Shown here: positions 41,568 to 51,667 of the stretch, one piece after another
How the letters are laid out: the number at the start of each line of letters is the position of its first letter
Numbering within the stretch: position 1 is the stretch's first letter
NCBI GenBank assembly: GCA_965242865.1
Contig: CBDETK010000013.1
Span: forward strand, 4,000,001 to 4,064,000
Origin: Candidatus Latescibacterota bacterium
Lineage (GTDB): Bacteria > Latescibacterota > UBA2968 > UBA8231
DNA length: 64,000 nucleotides
Direction: 5' to 3'
Program-made: the position numbers and the translations under genes
Notes under the pieces: model-generated
The model's database searches: none
What the model was told of the DNA's origin: nothing
The model's input: only the letters and a program-made list of their open reading frames with translations

Positions 41568-41680
41568 TCGCCAAGGCCGTGCCAGCGCCTTTCAGCTCGC
41601 ACGGCCTTTCTCTTCTGCCAAAGCAACAGGCATCTACCCGCAAGTAGATGCCTGTTGTTGGTTCTGCAATCCGCGCCGCG

Positions 41681-42355
41681 CTATGGATACAGCTGCTCTT
41701 TTACCACAGCCCAAGACAGCGGTAAAATAGTCGTTTTCAGGACGCGCTCGGGCGCTGTGCCCGCGTCCGGCCGCAAGTGCGTGGGAATGGATCCCGGGGT
41801 GCCCAGCTCGCGGGCGCCCGCGTCCCAGCCGCTTTGTTGGGTGGCTGTCGCCCAGCTTTCGGGCTGGTTGCCGGGCTGGTCAAAGGCAATGCGAACCATG
41901 GCGCTTTTGCTGGCCGAGTCGCCGGCGAAAGGAGCCCCCCGGCCATCGTCGGCCACGTCCACGAGTTGGCCACCGGCCTGCGGGTCCCCATCGTACAGAT
42001 GCAGGAGCAGCTTGGTGTTGGGCAGCGAAACAGCGGCGTCAACGCGCTGCGGTTCAACTGCGAGGAGGGATTTTTTGTGATCGGCCGCATAGTTGGCGAT
42101 GAGAAAGGTCTGCTTAGGGAGAATCGCAGCGGCTTCGAGGACGATCATCACCTTGTCCTCGTTGCCACTGCGGTAGGTTAGGGTCCAGCCGGCCAGGTCA
42201 ACCGGCGCGTCGCCGGGATTGTAGAGTTCGACCCACTCGTCGGCAGTTGATGCCGTACTACCCGGCCACATCAGTTCGGAGATGACGACCGGGCCGGGTT
42301 GGGCCGAGACAGCAGCCGCGAAAGCGAAAAAGACTAAGGAGATAAAGGGGCGCAT
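41681..42355 (-). CDS. Secreted lamin-tail domain protein with a SWxxVK tail
   Basis: VVISELMW, DEWVELYN, VDLAGWTL and GTPG; signal peptide. Confidence 0.8.
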   Translation of the reverse strand: MRPFISLVFFAFAAAVSAQPGPVVISELMWPGSTASTADEWVELYNPGDAPVDLAGWTLTYRSGNEDKVMIVLEAAAILPKQTFLIANYAADHKKSLLAVEPQRVDAAVSLPNTKLLLHLYDGDPQAGGQLVDVADDGRGAPFAGDSASKSAMVRIAFDQPGNQPESWATATQQSGWDAGARELGTPGSIPTHLRPDAGTAPERVLKTTILPLSWAVVKEQLYP

Positions 42356-42400
42356 GGCAGCCTCCAGGTTGGGGTGAGATGGCAATTACCATGCGCTTAA

Positions 42401-42416
42401 TGCAATATGCGTACCT
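42401..42416 (-). promoter_or_regulatory. Candidate sigma54 promoter for the lamin-tail gene
   Basis: Minus strand AGGTACG-CATA-TTGCA with correct -24 GG / -12 GC spacing and an AT-rich IHF-like tract upstream. Confidence 0.4.
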
Positions 42417-42520
42417 AGGGGCGTTGCCTTTTATAACTTATTGTAAAACATATAAATATCGAATTTGCCCGGCGCGTCGCACCCGCGCTCAGCGCGTCTG
42501 ATAGGCCACAGTTCTGACAC

Positions 42521-43948
42521 CTAGCCGATACAGTCGGCGCGGGCAGCGAGTGCCGTGCATAGCTTCTGTTGCAGGCCGCCGAAACCGCCATTGCTCATAA
42601 AAACCACCAAATCGCCCGCCCGGGCTTCCGCAGCCAAAAAGGCGACCATGGCTTCGGCGTCGGGCAGGTAGTGCGCCGGTTTGCCGGTGGCGCACAAACG
42701 CGCCACCAAGCGCTCGGGCGAGAATGGCTCGTCGCCTCGGGCGCGTTCGGGACGCGGGACCGCGGTGGCCGCGAACACATCGGCCAAGGCAAACGCCTCG
42801 ACGTACCGGTCCGCAAACAGGGCGCGGGCGTTGGTCGCGCTGGCTGGCTCGAAAACCGCGAGGAGCCGGCGTCCGGGATGGGACCGCCGCAGCCCCGCTA
42901 GGGTGTGGGCTACCGCAGTGGGATGGTGGGCGAAGTCGTCGATCAGGAGCACATCGTCGATGAGGCCAATTTGCTCCTGCCGCCGCTTGACCCCGGCAAA
43001 GCGGGTCAGGGCCGCCCGCAGGTCGCCCGCCGTCAGGCCGGCGTGAAACCCAGCGGCCAAGCTGGCGAGCGCGTTGCAGACGTTGTAATCGCCGCTCAGG
43101 GGCAGGTCGAACACCCCGACCTCGCGGCCGGCCCGGCACAAGGTGAAGCGCGTACCCGCGGCACTCGCTTGAAGGTTGGCGGCGCGCCAAAAAGCCCCTT
43201 CTTCGAGGCCAAAGGTCTCCACCGGCGCCGGCGCGGCCGGGAGGAGTTCGGCGACATTGGGGTCGGCGTCATGGGCCAGAATCAGACCGTTTTGCGGCAC
43301 CATGTTGATGAGTTGGCCGAAGGCGTTGGCGATTTCGGCGAGGTCTTGGTAGATGTCGGCGTGGTCGAATTCAAGGTTGTTGACGATCAGCACCTCGGGG
43401 AGGTAGTAGAAGAATTTCGCCCACTTGGCAAAAAAGGCGCTGTCGTATTCGTCGCCTTCAACGATGAAGTGCGGGCCGCGACCCAGCCGGTAGGAGCGGT
43501 CGAAGTTTTGCGGCACCCCGGCCACTAGAAAGGAAGGGTCCAAGCCCCCGGCGGTGAAAAGGTGGGCGATGAGCGCGGTCGTGGTGGTCTTGCCGTGGGT
43601 TCCGGTCACCACCACCGAGTGCTTGCCGCGAATAAAAAAATCGCGCAGCACTTCCGGGAGCGACGCGTAGGGAATCCGCCGCGACAGCACGGCCTCGGCC
43701 TCGGGGTTGCCCCGCGAGACCGCATTGCCAATGACGACCAAATCCGGCGGCGGCTCCAAGTGCTCGGCCGAGAACCCGGCCCGCACGTCAATCCCCAAGT
43801 CCGCGAGCAAGGTGCTCATCGGCGGATAGACGTGGCTGTCCGACCCGGTGACGCGATACCCCCGCTCGCGCAACATGCTGGCCAAAGACCCCATGGCCGT
43901 GCCGCAGACGGCGATCAAGTGAATGTGGGCACTCAAGGGAAGCTGCAT
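42521..43948 (-). CDS. mpl: UDP-MurNAc:L-Ala-gamma-D-Glu-mDAP ligase (murein peptide ligase)
   Basis: IAVCGTAMGSLA, YPPMS, GTHGKTTT, EGDEYDSAFF, DDFAHHPTA and MSNGGFGG. Confidence 0.9.
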   Translation of the reverse strand: MQLPLSAHIHLIAVCGTAMGSLASMLRERGYRVTGSDSHVYPPMSTLLADLGIDVRAGFSAEHLEPPPDLVVIGNAVSRGNPEAEAVLSRRIPYASLPEVLRDFFIRGKHSVVVTGTHGKTTTTALIAHLFTAGGLDPSFLVAGVPQNFDRSYRLGRGPHFIVEGDEYDSAFFAKWAKFFYYLPEVLIVNNLEFDHADIYQDLAEIANAFGQLINMVPQNGLILAHDADPNVAELLPAAPAPVETFGLEEGAFWRAANLQASAAGTRFTLCRAGREVGVFDLPLSGDYNVCNALASLAAGFHAGLTAGDLRAALTRFAGVKRRQEQIGLIDDVLLIDDFAHHPTAVAHTLAGLRRSHPGRRLLAVFEPASATNARALFADRYVEAFALADVFAATAVPRPERARGDEPFSPERLVARLCATGKPAHYLPDAEAMVAFLAAEARAGDLVVFMSNGGFGGLQQKLCTALAARADCIG

Positions 43949-44066
43949 GGCCGTATATACCGCTGGAGAAATGCGGGTGTCAAGGGAAGCCGGCCGGTTT
44001 GTGCGCGGTCAGCGGCGATTGTTTTATTGTGAAGGCACTTGCTGGCAAGAGACAAGAGAGGAGATC

Positions 44067-45047
44067 ATGGGCCAAGAGAAAAAAGCGGCCGAGGAGATTT
44101 TTCTGTCCCTCGTCATCCCCGTCTTTAACGAAGCGGAAAGCCTGCCCCATCTGTGGCGTCAGATCGCGGAGGTGCTGGCGACCGCAGAATGGGCTTGGGA
44201 GGCCATTTTCGTAGACGACGGGAGCACGGACGCCTCGTTTGCGGTCTTGGGCGAGCTGGCCAACCAGCATCCGCAGGTGTGCGCCCTGCGCTTCCGCCGC
44301 AACTACCGCAAGGCCGCGGCCCTCGCGGCCGGCTTCAAGCAGGCCCGGGGCCAAGTCATCGTCACCCTGGACGCCGACCTGCAAGACGATCCCCGCGAAA
44401 TCCCGCGGCTGCTGGCCGAGCTAAACCGCGATTGCGACTTGGTCTCCGGCTGGAAGGCCAAGCGGCGCGACCCTTTGAGCAAGACCCTTCCCTCCCGCTT
44501 GTTCAACCGGATTACCTCGCTGGTCTCCGGCGTGCGCCTGCGCGATTTCAACTGCGGCCTCAAGGCGTATCGGCGCGAGGTGGCCGAAGACGCGCTGCCG
44601 TACCTCTATGGGGAATTGTATCGGTTTTTGCCCGCCATTGCCCACTGGCTGGGCTATCGGGTCGGCGAGATTCCAGTGCAGCACCATCCCCGCCGCTTCG
44701 GGCACTCCAAATTCGGCAGCAAGCGGCTGCTCAACGGGTTTTTGGACCTGCTGACCGTGACCTTCGTCCTGCGCTTTATGACCGCGCCCATGCACGTCTT
44801 CGGCAGCTTGGGGCTGGGGGCCACGCTTTGCGGGTCGGTCGTCTGCGCGTACGTGGCCTTGTTGCGCTACGAGCACGGCAACATCCAAAATCGCCATCCC
44901 CTGCTCATGCTGGGCATCCTGCTGATCATCGTGGGCATTCAGTGCTTTTCCATTGGCTTTTTGGGCGACATGATCGCCAGCATGCACCAGCGCGGCGGGC
45001 GCACCCCACCCATTGCCGAGCACCTAAACCGGGGCGAGCTCGGCTAG
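44067..45047 (+). CDS. Glycosyltransferase family 2 (polyprenol-phosphate, ArnC/DPM1-like)
   Basis: VIPVFNE, VDDGSTD, LDADLQDDP, DFNCGLKAY and two C-terminal TM segments. Confidence 0.88.
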   Translation: MGQEKKAAEEIFLSLVIPVFNEAESLPHLWRQIAEVLATAEWAWEAIFVDDGSTDASFAVLGELANQHPQVCALRFRRNYRKAAALAAGFKQARGQVIVTLDADLQDDPREIPRLLAELNRDCDLVSGWKAKRRDPLSKTLPSRLFNRITSLVSGVRLRDFNCGLKAYRREVAEDALPYLYGELYRFLPAIAHWLGYRVGEIPVQHHPRRFGHSKFGSKRLLNGFLDLLTVTFVLRFMTAPMHVFGSLGLGATLCGSVVCAYVALLRYEHGNIQNRHPLLMLGILLIIVGIQCFSIGFLGDMIASMHQRGGRTPPIAEHLNRGELG

Positions 45048-46088
45048 GGCTTGCAGCAGCGCGGCGATCTCGGCGTCTGTGCCCACCGAGATGCGCAGGC
45101 AGTCGGCCAAGCGCGGCGGCGCGGCAAAATAGCGCACCAAAATCCGGCGCTCCTTGAGCTGGGCGCAGAGTTCGGCCGCCGTGCTGCTCGCCCAGTGCGC
45201 CCCGAGCCGGGCCAGCACGAAATTGGCCTGTGAATCCCACACGTAAAAACCCAACGCCCGCAGCCGAGCGCTCAGGTGCGTGCGCGTCGCGCAGACCCGG
45301 GCGGCGTTGGCCCGCATCGCGTCGATGTCTTCTAGGGCCGCCTCGGCCGCGACCAAACTCAGCCGATTGAGGTTGTAGTGGTCCTTGACCTTCCACATGC
45401 CCTCGATCAGCGCGGCCGGCGCCAAGGCAAAGCCAATCCGCAGGCCGGCGAGGGAAAAGGACTTGGACATGGTGCGCACGACAATGGCATTGGGGTGGTC
45501 GGCGATGAGCTGCAGGCAGCCGCCCTGCGAAAAATCCACGTACGCTTCATCTACGACCAAGACGCCGTCGACCCGCGCACAGAGCGCGGCGACCTCGTCG
45601 TAGGGCACGAGGGTGCCCGAGGGCGCATTGGGATTGGCCAGAAAGGTGATGCGCGCCCCGGGCACGGCCAGCCCCTCGGGCAGGGAAAAATCCTCCCCGA
45701 ACTCAACCGGGGTGGCTGCGGCTCCTTGGATGTCGATTAGCGGTTGGTAGTAGCCGTAGGTGGGATGGGGATAGGCGATGGGGTCGCCCTCGCCGGCAAA
45801 GCTGCGGATGACGACGTTGAGCAACTCGTCCGAGCCATTGCCGACCATGATCTGCTCGGGAGCCACGGCGAACAGGTCGCCCAACTTGCGGCGCACGGCC
45901 CAAGCGTCCGGGTCGGGGTAGAGGCGCAGCTCCGCAGAGCAAGCGGCGCGCACCCGCGCCAGCACTAGGGGGGAGGGGGGATACGGGTTTTCGTTGGTAT
46001 TGAGCTTGATATAGCCCGGTTCGCGGGGCTGCTCCCCGGGGACGTACCCGCGCAGCCGGGCGATGTTGGGGCGAAACAGGTCCGACAC
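45024..46088 (-). CDS. hisC: Histidinol-phosphate aminotransferase
   Basis: KLNTNENPY, GNGSDE, NPNAPSG, DEAYVDF and RTMSKSFSLAGLRIG. Confidence 0.92.
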   Translation of the reverse strand: MSDLFRPNIARLRGYVPGEQPREPGYIKLNTNENPYPPSPLVLARVRAACSAELRLYPDPDAWAVRRKLGDLFAVAPEQIMVGNGSDELLNVVIRSFAGEGDPIAYPHPTYGYYQPLIDIQGAAATPVEFGEDFSLPEGLAVPGARITFLANPNAPSGTLVPYDEVAALCARVDGVLVVDEAYVDFSQGGCLQLIADHPNAIVVRTMSKSFSLAGLRIGFALAPAALIEGMWKVKDHYNLNRLSLVAAEAALEDIDAMRANAARVCATRTHLSARLRALGFYVWDSQANFVLARLGAHWASSTAAELCAQLKERRILVRYFAAPPRLADCLRISVGTDAEIAALLQALAELAPV

Positions 46089-46090
46089 GA

Positions 46091-48280
46091 CTAACCGCTT
46101 GCCGGGTCATCCACGCGCAGCACTTCCAACACGCCCTCGATGTGCTCGATTTGGTCTATGGCTTGGCGCAGTTGTTGGGTGTCGGCCACGTCGATCCAGA
46201 AGTCCTGTTCGGCGATGTGGCCGTCGGTGCGGGTGGTGGAGTCGCGGATGTTGGAGCCGGCGTCGCTGATCGCCCGCGCAATATCCGCGAGCAAGTACGT
46301 GCGGTCCCAACTGCGGGTGCGGAGCTGCACGGTAAAGGCCGGTTCGTCCTCCAGCTCCCACTCAACCGCGAGGAGGCGGTCTGGCTCGGCGGAAATCCGG
46401 CCGATGTTGGGGCAGGCCGTGCGGTGCACCGTGACGCCGCGCCCGCGCGTGACCAAGCCGACAATCTCGTCGCCCGGGATGGGGCCGCAGCACTTGCCAA
46501 AGCGGATCATCAGGTTTTGCAGGCCTTGGATGCGAATGTCGCGGCGGTCTTGGGGCCTAAGTGCGCGCCGCTTGGGCTGGACCGGAGCTATTTTGCCGAC
46601 GACCTTGCCGATGGATAGATCGCCGTTGCCCAAGGCCGCATAGAGGTGCTCGGCGTCGCTGAACCCGAACTCGGCCGCCACGGCGTTGAGGTCCGGGGGC
46701 GCGTCCGCCCGGTAGGGCTTTAACCGCCGGTCAAGCCCCTCCTTGCCGAGGCGCACGTTGTGGTCGTATTGCTCCTCCCGCAGCCAGCGGCGGATGGCTT
46801 GGCGGGCCTTGGCGGTCTTGACTTGGTCCAACCAAGCCAACTTGGGCTTTTGCTGCGGGGACGTGACGATCTCCAAGGTTTCGCCGCTGCTCAACGGCGC
46901 GCTCAGCGGCACGACTTGATCGTTTACTTTGGCCGTGGCGCAGTGCAGCCCGATGTCCGTGTGAATGGCAAAGGCAAAGTCAATCGGCGTGGCGCCCTTG
47001 GGCAACTGGTGGAGGTCGCCCTTGGGGGTAAAGACAAAAATTTCGTCCTGAGCCGCGAGCTCGGTCTTTAGGCTTTCCATGAACTCGACCGGGTCCGTGG
47101 CCTCCTGTTGCCAGTCGATAACTTGGTGTAGCCAGCTCAGGTGTTGGTCGAGGTCGCCGGGCGTCTTGTCGTTGGATTTGTAGCGCCAGTGGGCGGCAAT
47201 GCCGATTTCGGCCGTGTGATGCATCTGCGCGGTGCGAATTTGCACTTCGACGTATTGCCCGTTGGGGCCAATGACCGAAGTGTGCAGCGACTGGTACATG
47301 TTGCTCTTGGGAGTCGAGATATAGTCTTTGATGCGCCCGGGGATGGGGGTGTAGATGTGGTGGACCCAGCCGAGGATTTGATAGCATTCGCGCACGGTGC
47401 CGGTAATGATGCGCACGGCCAGCAGATCGTAAATTTCCTCAAAGGGCTTACCGCGCGCCTTCATCTTGTTGTAGATGCTGTAGAAGTTTTTGGCGCGGCT
47501 GGCAAACTCGGCTTTAATGCTGTTGGCGTGGAGGCATTCCTCGATCGGGACCTTGAATTCCCTGATGTAGTCCTCGCGCTCTTGGCGCGTCATGGCCACA
47601 TTGTCGCGCAGCTCTTGGTACATTGCGGGTTCGAGGAACTTGAGGCTTTGGTCTTCTAGCTGCCAGCGGATCCGCGCCAGCCCAAAGCGGTGGGCCAGCG
47701 GCGCGTACACTTCGAGCGTTTCGCTCGCGGTCCGCTGCCGGGACTTGGGGCTTAGGTGCTGGAGCGTCCGCATGTTGTGTAGGCGGTCGGCCAGCTTGAT
47801 GAGCATGACGCGGATGTCCTTGACCATAGAGAGCAGCATCTTGCGGTAGGTCTCGGCTTGGCGCGCCTCGCGGCTTTCGTAGGTTATCTGATCGATTTTG
47901 GTCACGCCGGCGATCAGCTCGGCGATCTTGTCGCCGAATAGCGCGGCGACCTCGGCATGCGTGGCCGGTGTATCTTCGATGACATCGTGCAAAAGCCCGG
48001 CTGCAACCGTGGTGTGATCCAAGCCGAGCTGGGCGAGCAGCCGCGCCACTTCAACGCAGTGCGATAGGAACGGCTCGCCGGACTTGCGGATCTGGCCTTC
48101 GTGGTGCTCTTTGGCGAAGTGGTAGGCGCGGTTGATCAGCGCGAAATCGGCTTGGTCGTTGCAGGAGGAGACCTCAATGAGCAGCATCGACAGCCGCAGC
48201 TCGTCGCCCCCCTGCTCGACGAGTTCGTCCAAGTAGGTATTCGGCAGGGCCGACAGCGGCGCGGGAGTGGTTTCGACCAT
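46091..48280 (-). CDS. spoT: Bifunctional (p)ppGpp synthetase/hydrolase (long RSH)
   Basis: Intact HD motif (LLHDVIEDT), KLADRLHNMRTL, RIKDY, YQSLHT, TGS and ACT domains. Confidence 0.92.
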   Translation of the reverse strand: MVETTPAPLSALPNTYLDELVEQGGDELRLSMLLIEVSSCNDQADFALINRAYHFAKEHHEGQIRKSGEPFLSHCVEVARLLAQLGLDHTTVAAGLLHDVIEDTPATHAEVAALFGDKIAELIAGVTKIDQITYESREARQAETYRKMLLSMVKDIRVMLIKLADRLHNMRTLQHLSPKSRQRTASETLEVYAPLAHRFGLARIRWQLEDQSLKFLEPAMYQELRDNVAMTRQEREDYIREFKVPIEECLHANSIKAEFASRAKNFYSIYNKMKARGKPFEEIYDLLAVRIITGTVRECYQILGWVHHIYTPIPGRIKDYISTPKSNMYQSLHTSVIGPNGQYVEVQIRTAQMHHTAEIGIAAHWRYKSNDKTPGDLDQHLSWLHQVIDWQQEATDPVEFMESLKTELAAQDEIFVFTPKGDLHQLPKGATPIDFAFAIHTDIGLHCATAKVNDQVVPLSAPLSSGETLEIVTSPQQKPKLAWLDQVKTAKARQAIRRWLREEQYDHNVRLGKEGLDRRLKPYRADAPPDLNAVAAEFGFSDAEHLYAALGNGDLSIGKVVGKIAPVQPKRRALRPQDRRDIRIQGLQNLMIRFGKCCGPIPGDEIVGLVTRGRGVTVHRTACPNIGRISAEPDRLLAVEWELEDEPAFTVQLRTRSWDRTYLLADIARAISDAGSNIRDSTTRTDGHIAEQDFWIDVADTQQLRQAIDQIEHIEGVLEVLRVDDPASG

Positions 48281-48388
48281 GGGAGCTTTCGTTCTCTAAG
48301 GCCCGTCAATATCGTCAATATAGAAAAAAAACAAGTACATACAAGCAGAATTCACCCACATGAAAAGAGGAAGAACCAAGGACGCAGA

Positions 48389-48778
48389 ATGGGGCGGCTA
48401 AAGACCCAAAACGCACCGGCGTTGACGGGCGCGGATAAAATCCTCGCCCTCGTCGTGGGGTTGAGTGCAATCGGGCTGGTGTTCTACGGTCGCTACACGG
48501 CCGAGGCCGGCGGTGTGCTCATCGTCGAGGCGACCGGGGCCGCACCGGCCCTGTACGACCTGTCCAACCACGGAGTCTGGTCGATTGCCGGGCCTTTGGG
48601 CGCGAGCGAGATCGAAATCGGCCCCCAGGGCGTGCGCGTGCTTTCCGCGCCCTGCGCCCGCAAAATCTGCATGCGGCCGGGCTGGCTGCAGCGAGCGGGC
48701 GACGTGACCGCGTGTGTGCCCAACGGCCTAGTGCTGCGGATCGCCGGCGTCGCCCCCCTAGACGCGCTGGTCCACTGA
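48389..48778 (+). CDS. NusG domain II-like (DUF1312) membrane-anchored protein
   Basis: GPLG...EI...VRV..APC..KIC...GWL......ACVPN; paired with a Gx transporter. Confidence 0.75.
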   Translation: MGRLKTQNAPALTGADKILALVVGLSAIGLVFYGRYTAEAGGVLIVEATGAAPALYDLSNHGVWSIAGPLGASEIEIGPQGVRVLSAPCARKICMRPGWLQRAGDVTACVPNGLVLRIAGVAPLDALVH

Positions 48779-49299
48779 TGTTTACGCGCCCTAGCGACGT
48801 GACCCGGTTGGGGCTTATGGCCAGCGCGGCCATCGTGCTCTTTGCCTTTGAATCGCTGGTCCCCAAGCCCTTGCCGTGGATGAAGTTGGGGCTTGGCAAT
48901 CTGCCGGTCTTGGTCGCGCTGGTGAGCTTTGGCGGGGGACCGGCCTTGGCCGTTAGTGCCACCAAGCTCGTCGTCGGCGGGTTGCTCAGCGGGGGATTTG
49001 CCGGGCCGGCCTTTGTCATCGGCGGCGGGGCTGGTTTGGCGAGTTGGCTGGTCATGGCGGCGGTGCGCCGCGTGGGTGGGCGGCTTTTCAGCGTGGTCGG
49101 CCTGAGTATCTGGGGCGCGTTGGCGCACCAACTCAGCCAACTCGTGCTGGCCTCTATCTATATCGGCCACAGCGGGCTGTTCGCGCTGGTGCCGCTGGCT
49201 CTGTTCAGCGCTTTGGTCAGCGGGGGGGCGATTGGCCTGTTGGCGTGGTGGACCTTGGCCCAACTAGCGAAAATAGGCTGGTTGGACCAAGCTCCGTAG
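48778..49299 (+). CDS. Gx transporter / heptaprenyl diphosphate synthase component I-like membrane protein
   Basis: ESLVP.PLPWMKLGLGN and S..GALAH...QL; multiple TM segments. Confidence 0.8.
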   Translation: MFTRPSDVTRLGLMASAAIVLFAFESLVPKPLPWMKLGLGNLPVLVALVSFGGGPALAVSATKLVVGGLLSGGFAGPAFVIGGGAGLASWLVMAAVRRVGGRLFSVVGLSIWGALAHQLSQLVLASIYIGHSGLFALVPLALFSALVSGGAIGLLAWWTLAQLAKIGWLDQAP

Positions 49300-49308
49300 T
49301 AAAAGGGG

Positions 49309-51003
49309 CTACCGAATACCCAACGCGATGAACGCTGGAAAACTCAATCCCATGTCCGCGGTGGTGAGGTCTTCGACGCCTGTGCCATCCAAGTTGGCCC
49401 GCTTTATCTTCTTAGTGCCCCCCCGGTCTGTCCAGTACATCTTTCCGAGTACCAAATCCAGCGCGATGCCCGTTGGATCAATCAATCCCATGTCCTCGGT
49501 GGTGAGGTCTCGGCGGCCTGTGCCATCTAAGTTGGCCCGCTGAATCCTATCCGTGCCAAATTCCGCCCAGTACATCTTTTCGTTCACCACATCCAGCGCG
49601 ATGGCCCCTGGATTCGTCAATGTGAGGTCTTGGGTGAGGTCTTGGACGTCTGTGCCATCTAAGTCGGCACGCTTTATCTTAGCCGGGGGTCCCCAGTCTG
49701 TCCAGTACATCTTTCTGTTCTCCACATCCAGCGCGATGCCAAATGGATTAATCAATCCCATGTCTGCGTTGGTGAGGTCTTGGACGCCTGTGCCATCTAA
49801 GTTGGCACACTTTATACTATCCGTGCCAGCGTCCACCCAGTACATCTTTCCGTTCTCCACGTCCAACGCGATGCCGTATGGCGTATTCAATCCCATGTCT
49901 GCGTTGGTGAGGTCTTCGGCGTCTGTGCCATCCAAGTTGGCCCGCTTAATTTTAGCCGATCCACTGACAGCGTGTGTCCAGTACATCTTTCTGCCCGCCA
50001 CATCCAGCGCGATGCCCGCTGGAAAATTCAATCCCATGTCTGGATTGGTGAGGTCTTCGACGCCTGTGCCATCCAAGTTGGCCCGCTTAATCGTATTATT
50101 GCCCCAGTCCGTCCAGTATAGGGTAGTCACTCGTACTGCGGGTGGTCCCGTCGGTTCCTCTAGTTCTGGTAGTTCTGGATAGACTTGGACGGTTTCGACG
50201 CGGGGGTATTTTTCTAGTACCGCTACGACGCGGAGGCCGCTTGTTATCGCGGCGGCGAGTTGTTGGTTGGCCGCATGCTGGCTGAGGGCGTTTTCCATCA
50301 CGCCCAGCCATTGCAGGTTGGTCAGGCTCGCCAAGGGACTGATATCCGCAATCGCGTTGTCTCCTAGCTGGAGAAATTGCAGGTTGGTTAGGCGAGCTAA
50401 CGGCTGCACATCGGTAATCGCGTTGCCCCACATATCCAGCTTGCGCAAGCGGATCAGGCTGGCCAGCGGACTCGCATCCGCCACCTTGTTCCCCCACAGC
50501 GACAGCGTGTGCAGATTGGTCAGACTGGCCAGCGGACTGACGTCGGTAATCTCGTTGCCCCGCAGATACAGCGTTGTCAGTGCTGTTGCGTATTCGAGGC
50601 CGGCCACGCTCTCAATGTCTTTATAGCTCGCGTCGAGTTCGGTCAGGGATGCCAAGTCCGCCGGGGTCAGTGCCCCTTGCGGGCGATCCAACGCCTCCCG
50701 CACCGCCTGCTCCAGATTGGCGTCGGCAAACTCCACGGTGGCCGATTGGGTGCTGTCGGCGTCAGCGTCAGCGTCGGTCTGGGTGCTATCGGCGTCGGTC
50801 TGGGTGGTGTCGGGGCTTTCGGGGGCGGGCAGCCCGTCGGTAGCGGTGTAGGTGTCGTCGCCCAAGAATTCGCATAGCGAACAGGTGGCTTTGCCGGCTG
50901 GCCGAGAGGCGACCGGCGCGGAGTCCGAGCAGCCCGTCCAAGCACTGACGACGCCCAAAAGGACGAACCCAAGCAGGGTTTTGAGAGATTTCAACGAAAG
51001 CAT
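49309..51003 (-). CDS. Lipoprotein with internalin-like LRRs and a YWTD (LDL-receptor class B) beta-propeller
   Basis: Lipobox WTGC, LRRs, then six repeats such as KMYWTD...KIKRANLDGTGVEDL...P.GIALD. Confidence 0.88.
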   Translation of the reverse strand: MLSLKSLKTLLGFVLLGVVSAWTGCSDSAPVASRPAGKATCSLCEFLGDDTYTATDGLPAPESPDTTQTDADSTQTDADADADSTQSATVEFADANLEQAVREALDRPQGALTPADLASLTELDASYKDIESVAGLEYATALTTLYLRGNEITDVSPLASLTNLHTLSLWGNKVADASPLASLIRLRKLDMWGNAITDVQPLARLTNLQFLQLGDNAIADISPLASLTNLQWLGVMENALSQHAANQQLAAAITSGLRVVAVLEKYPRVETVQVYPELPELEEPTGPPAVRVTTLYWTDWGNNTIKRANLDGTGVEDLTNPDMGLNFPAGIALDVAGRKMYWTHAVSGSAKIKRANLDGTDAEDLTNADMGLNTPYGIALDVENGKMYWVDAGTDSIKCANLDGTGVQDLTNADMGLINPFGIALDVENRKMYWTDWGPPAKIKRADLDGTDVQDLTQDLTLTNPGAIALDVVNEKMYWAEFGTDRIQRANLDGTGRRDLTTEDMGLIDPTGIALDLVLGKMYWTDRGGTKKIKRANLDGTGVEDLTTADMGLSFPAFIALGIR

Positions 51004-51667
51004 TTTTTGCTCCTTTGTATGGTTGGGGAAGAAATGGTATGGAGGTGTGGAAGAGGGACATGACGCCCCGAAAGAGGCGGAGTTAGCCCTAGGGCTAACG
51101 TGGAGTGCTCAGGACGCGCCCCTTGCTGTGGGTGCGCCTTTGCGAGTGTTCTCGCGGTGTTCGGGTTGCGGGGATTCCGCTCTCGGTCCTTGGCAGACGA
51201 GTTGCGGGGGTGGTGCAGGAAACGTGGATCAGCATAAAGGCCGCACGGCAGTGTGCGCTTGGGGCCACGCGGCCAGATCGACGCGACACCCAATGGCCGC
51301 GCACGAGCCGTCGGCCGATGCTGAGAAGTAGCGAGTTTAGTGCTTGGTGCTAGCGGAGAATTTTCGGGGGGGGGGGGGTAAGTCGTTGTTTTTCAAGGAC
51401 TTACGACACATTAAATCCGACGATGAATCCAAGCACCCAACAGGGTTTTGCCCCACAGCAAGGCCCCTGCCTGATATGAAATGCTTAACCATCGTCTCGT
51501 TCATTTGCCAATCGGCGACGCCAAATTTGTCGCCAAAATGCGGTTTACAAGGCCACCACGAAACAACCGGACGCTGCGTTGTGGTACGGCCCTGATTTAG
51601 ATTTATTGTAAGCACCCAAATTAAACGCTAAAAAAAGCCCTCATGCAAGGGGCACTATCCCACAACC

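Noticed and set aside
51004-51340. Riboswitch in the long leader of the LRR-YWTD gene
   Set aside because: Hairpins are present (e.g. GTTAGCCCTAGGGCTAAC), but I could not match c-di-GMP, glycine, SAM or cobalamin consensus by eye; an Rfam scan is needed.
51365-51378. Poly-G tract as a phase-variation switch
   Set aside because: Intergenic and not clearly inside a promoter spacer; homopolymer length is also error-prone, so there is no support from sequence alone.
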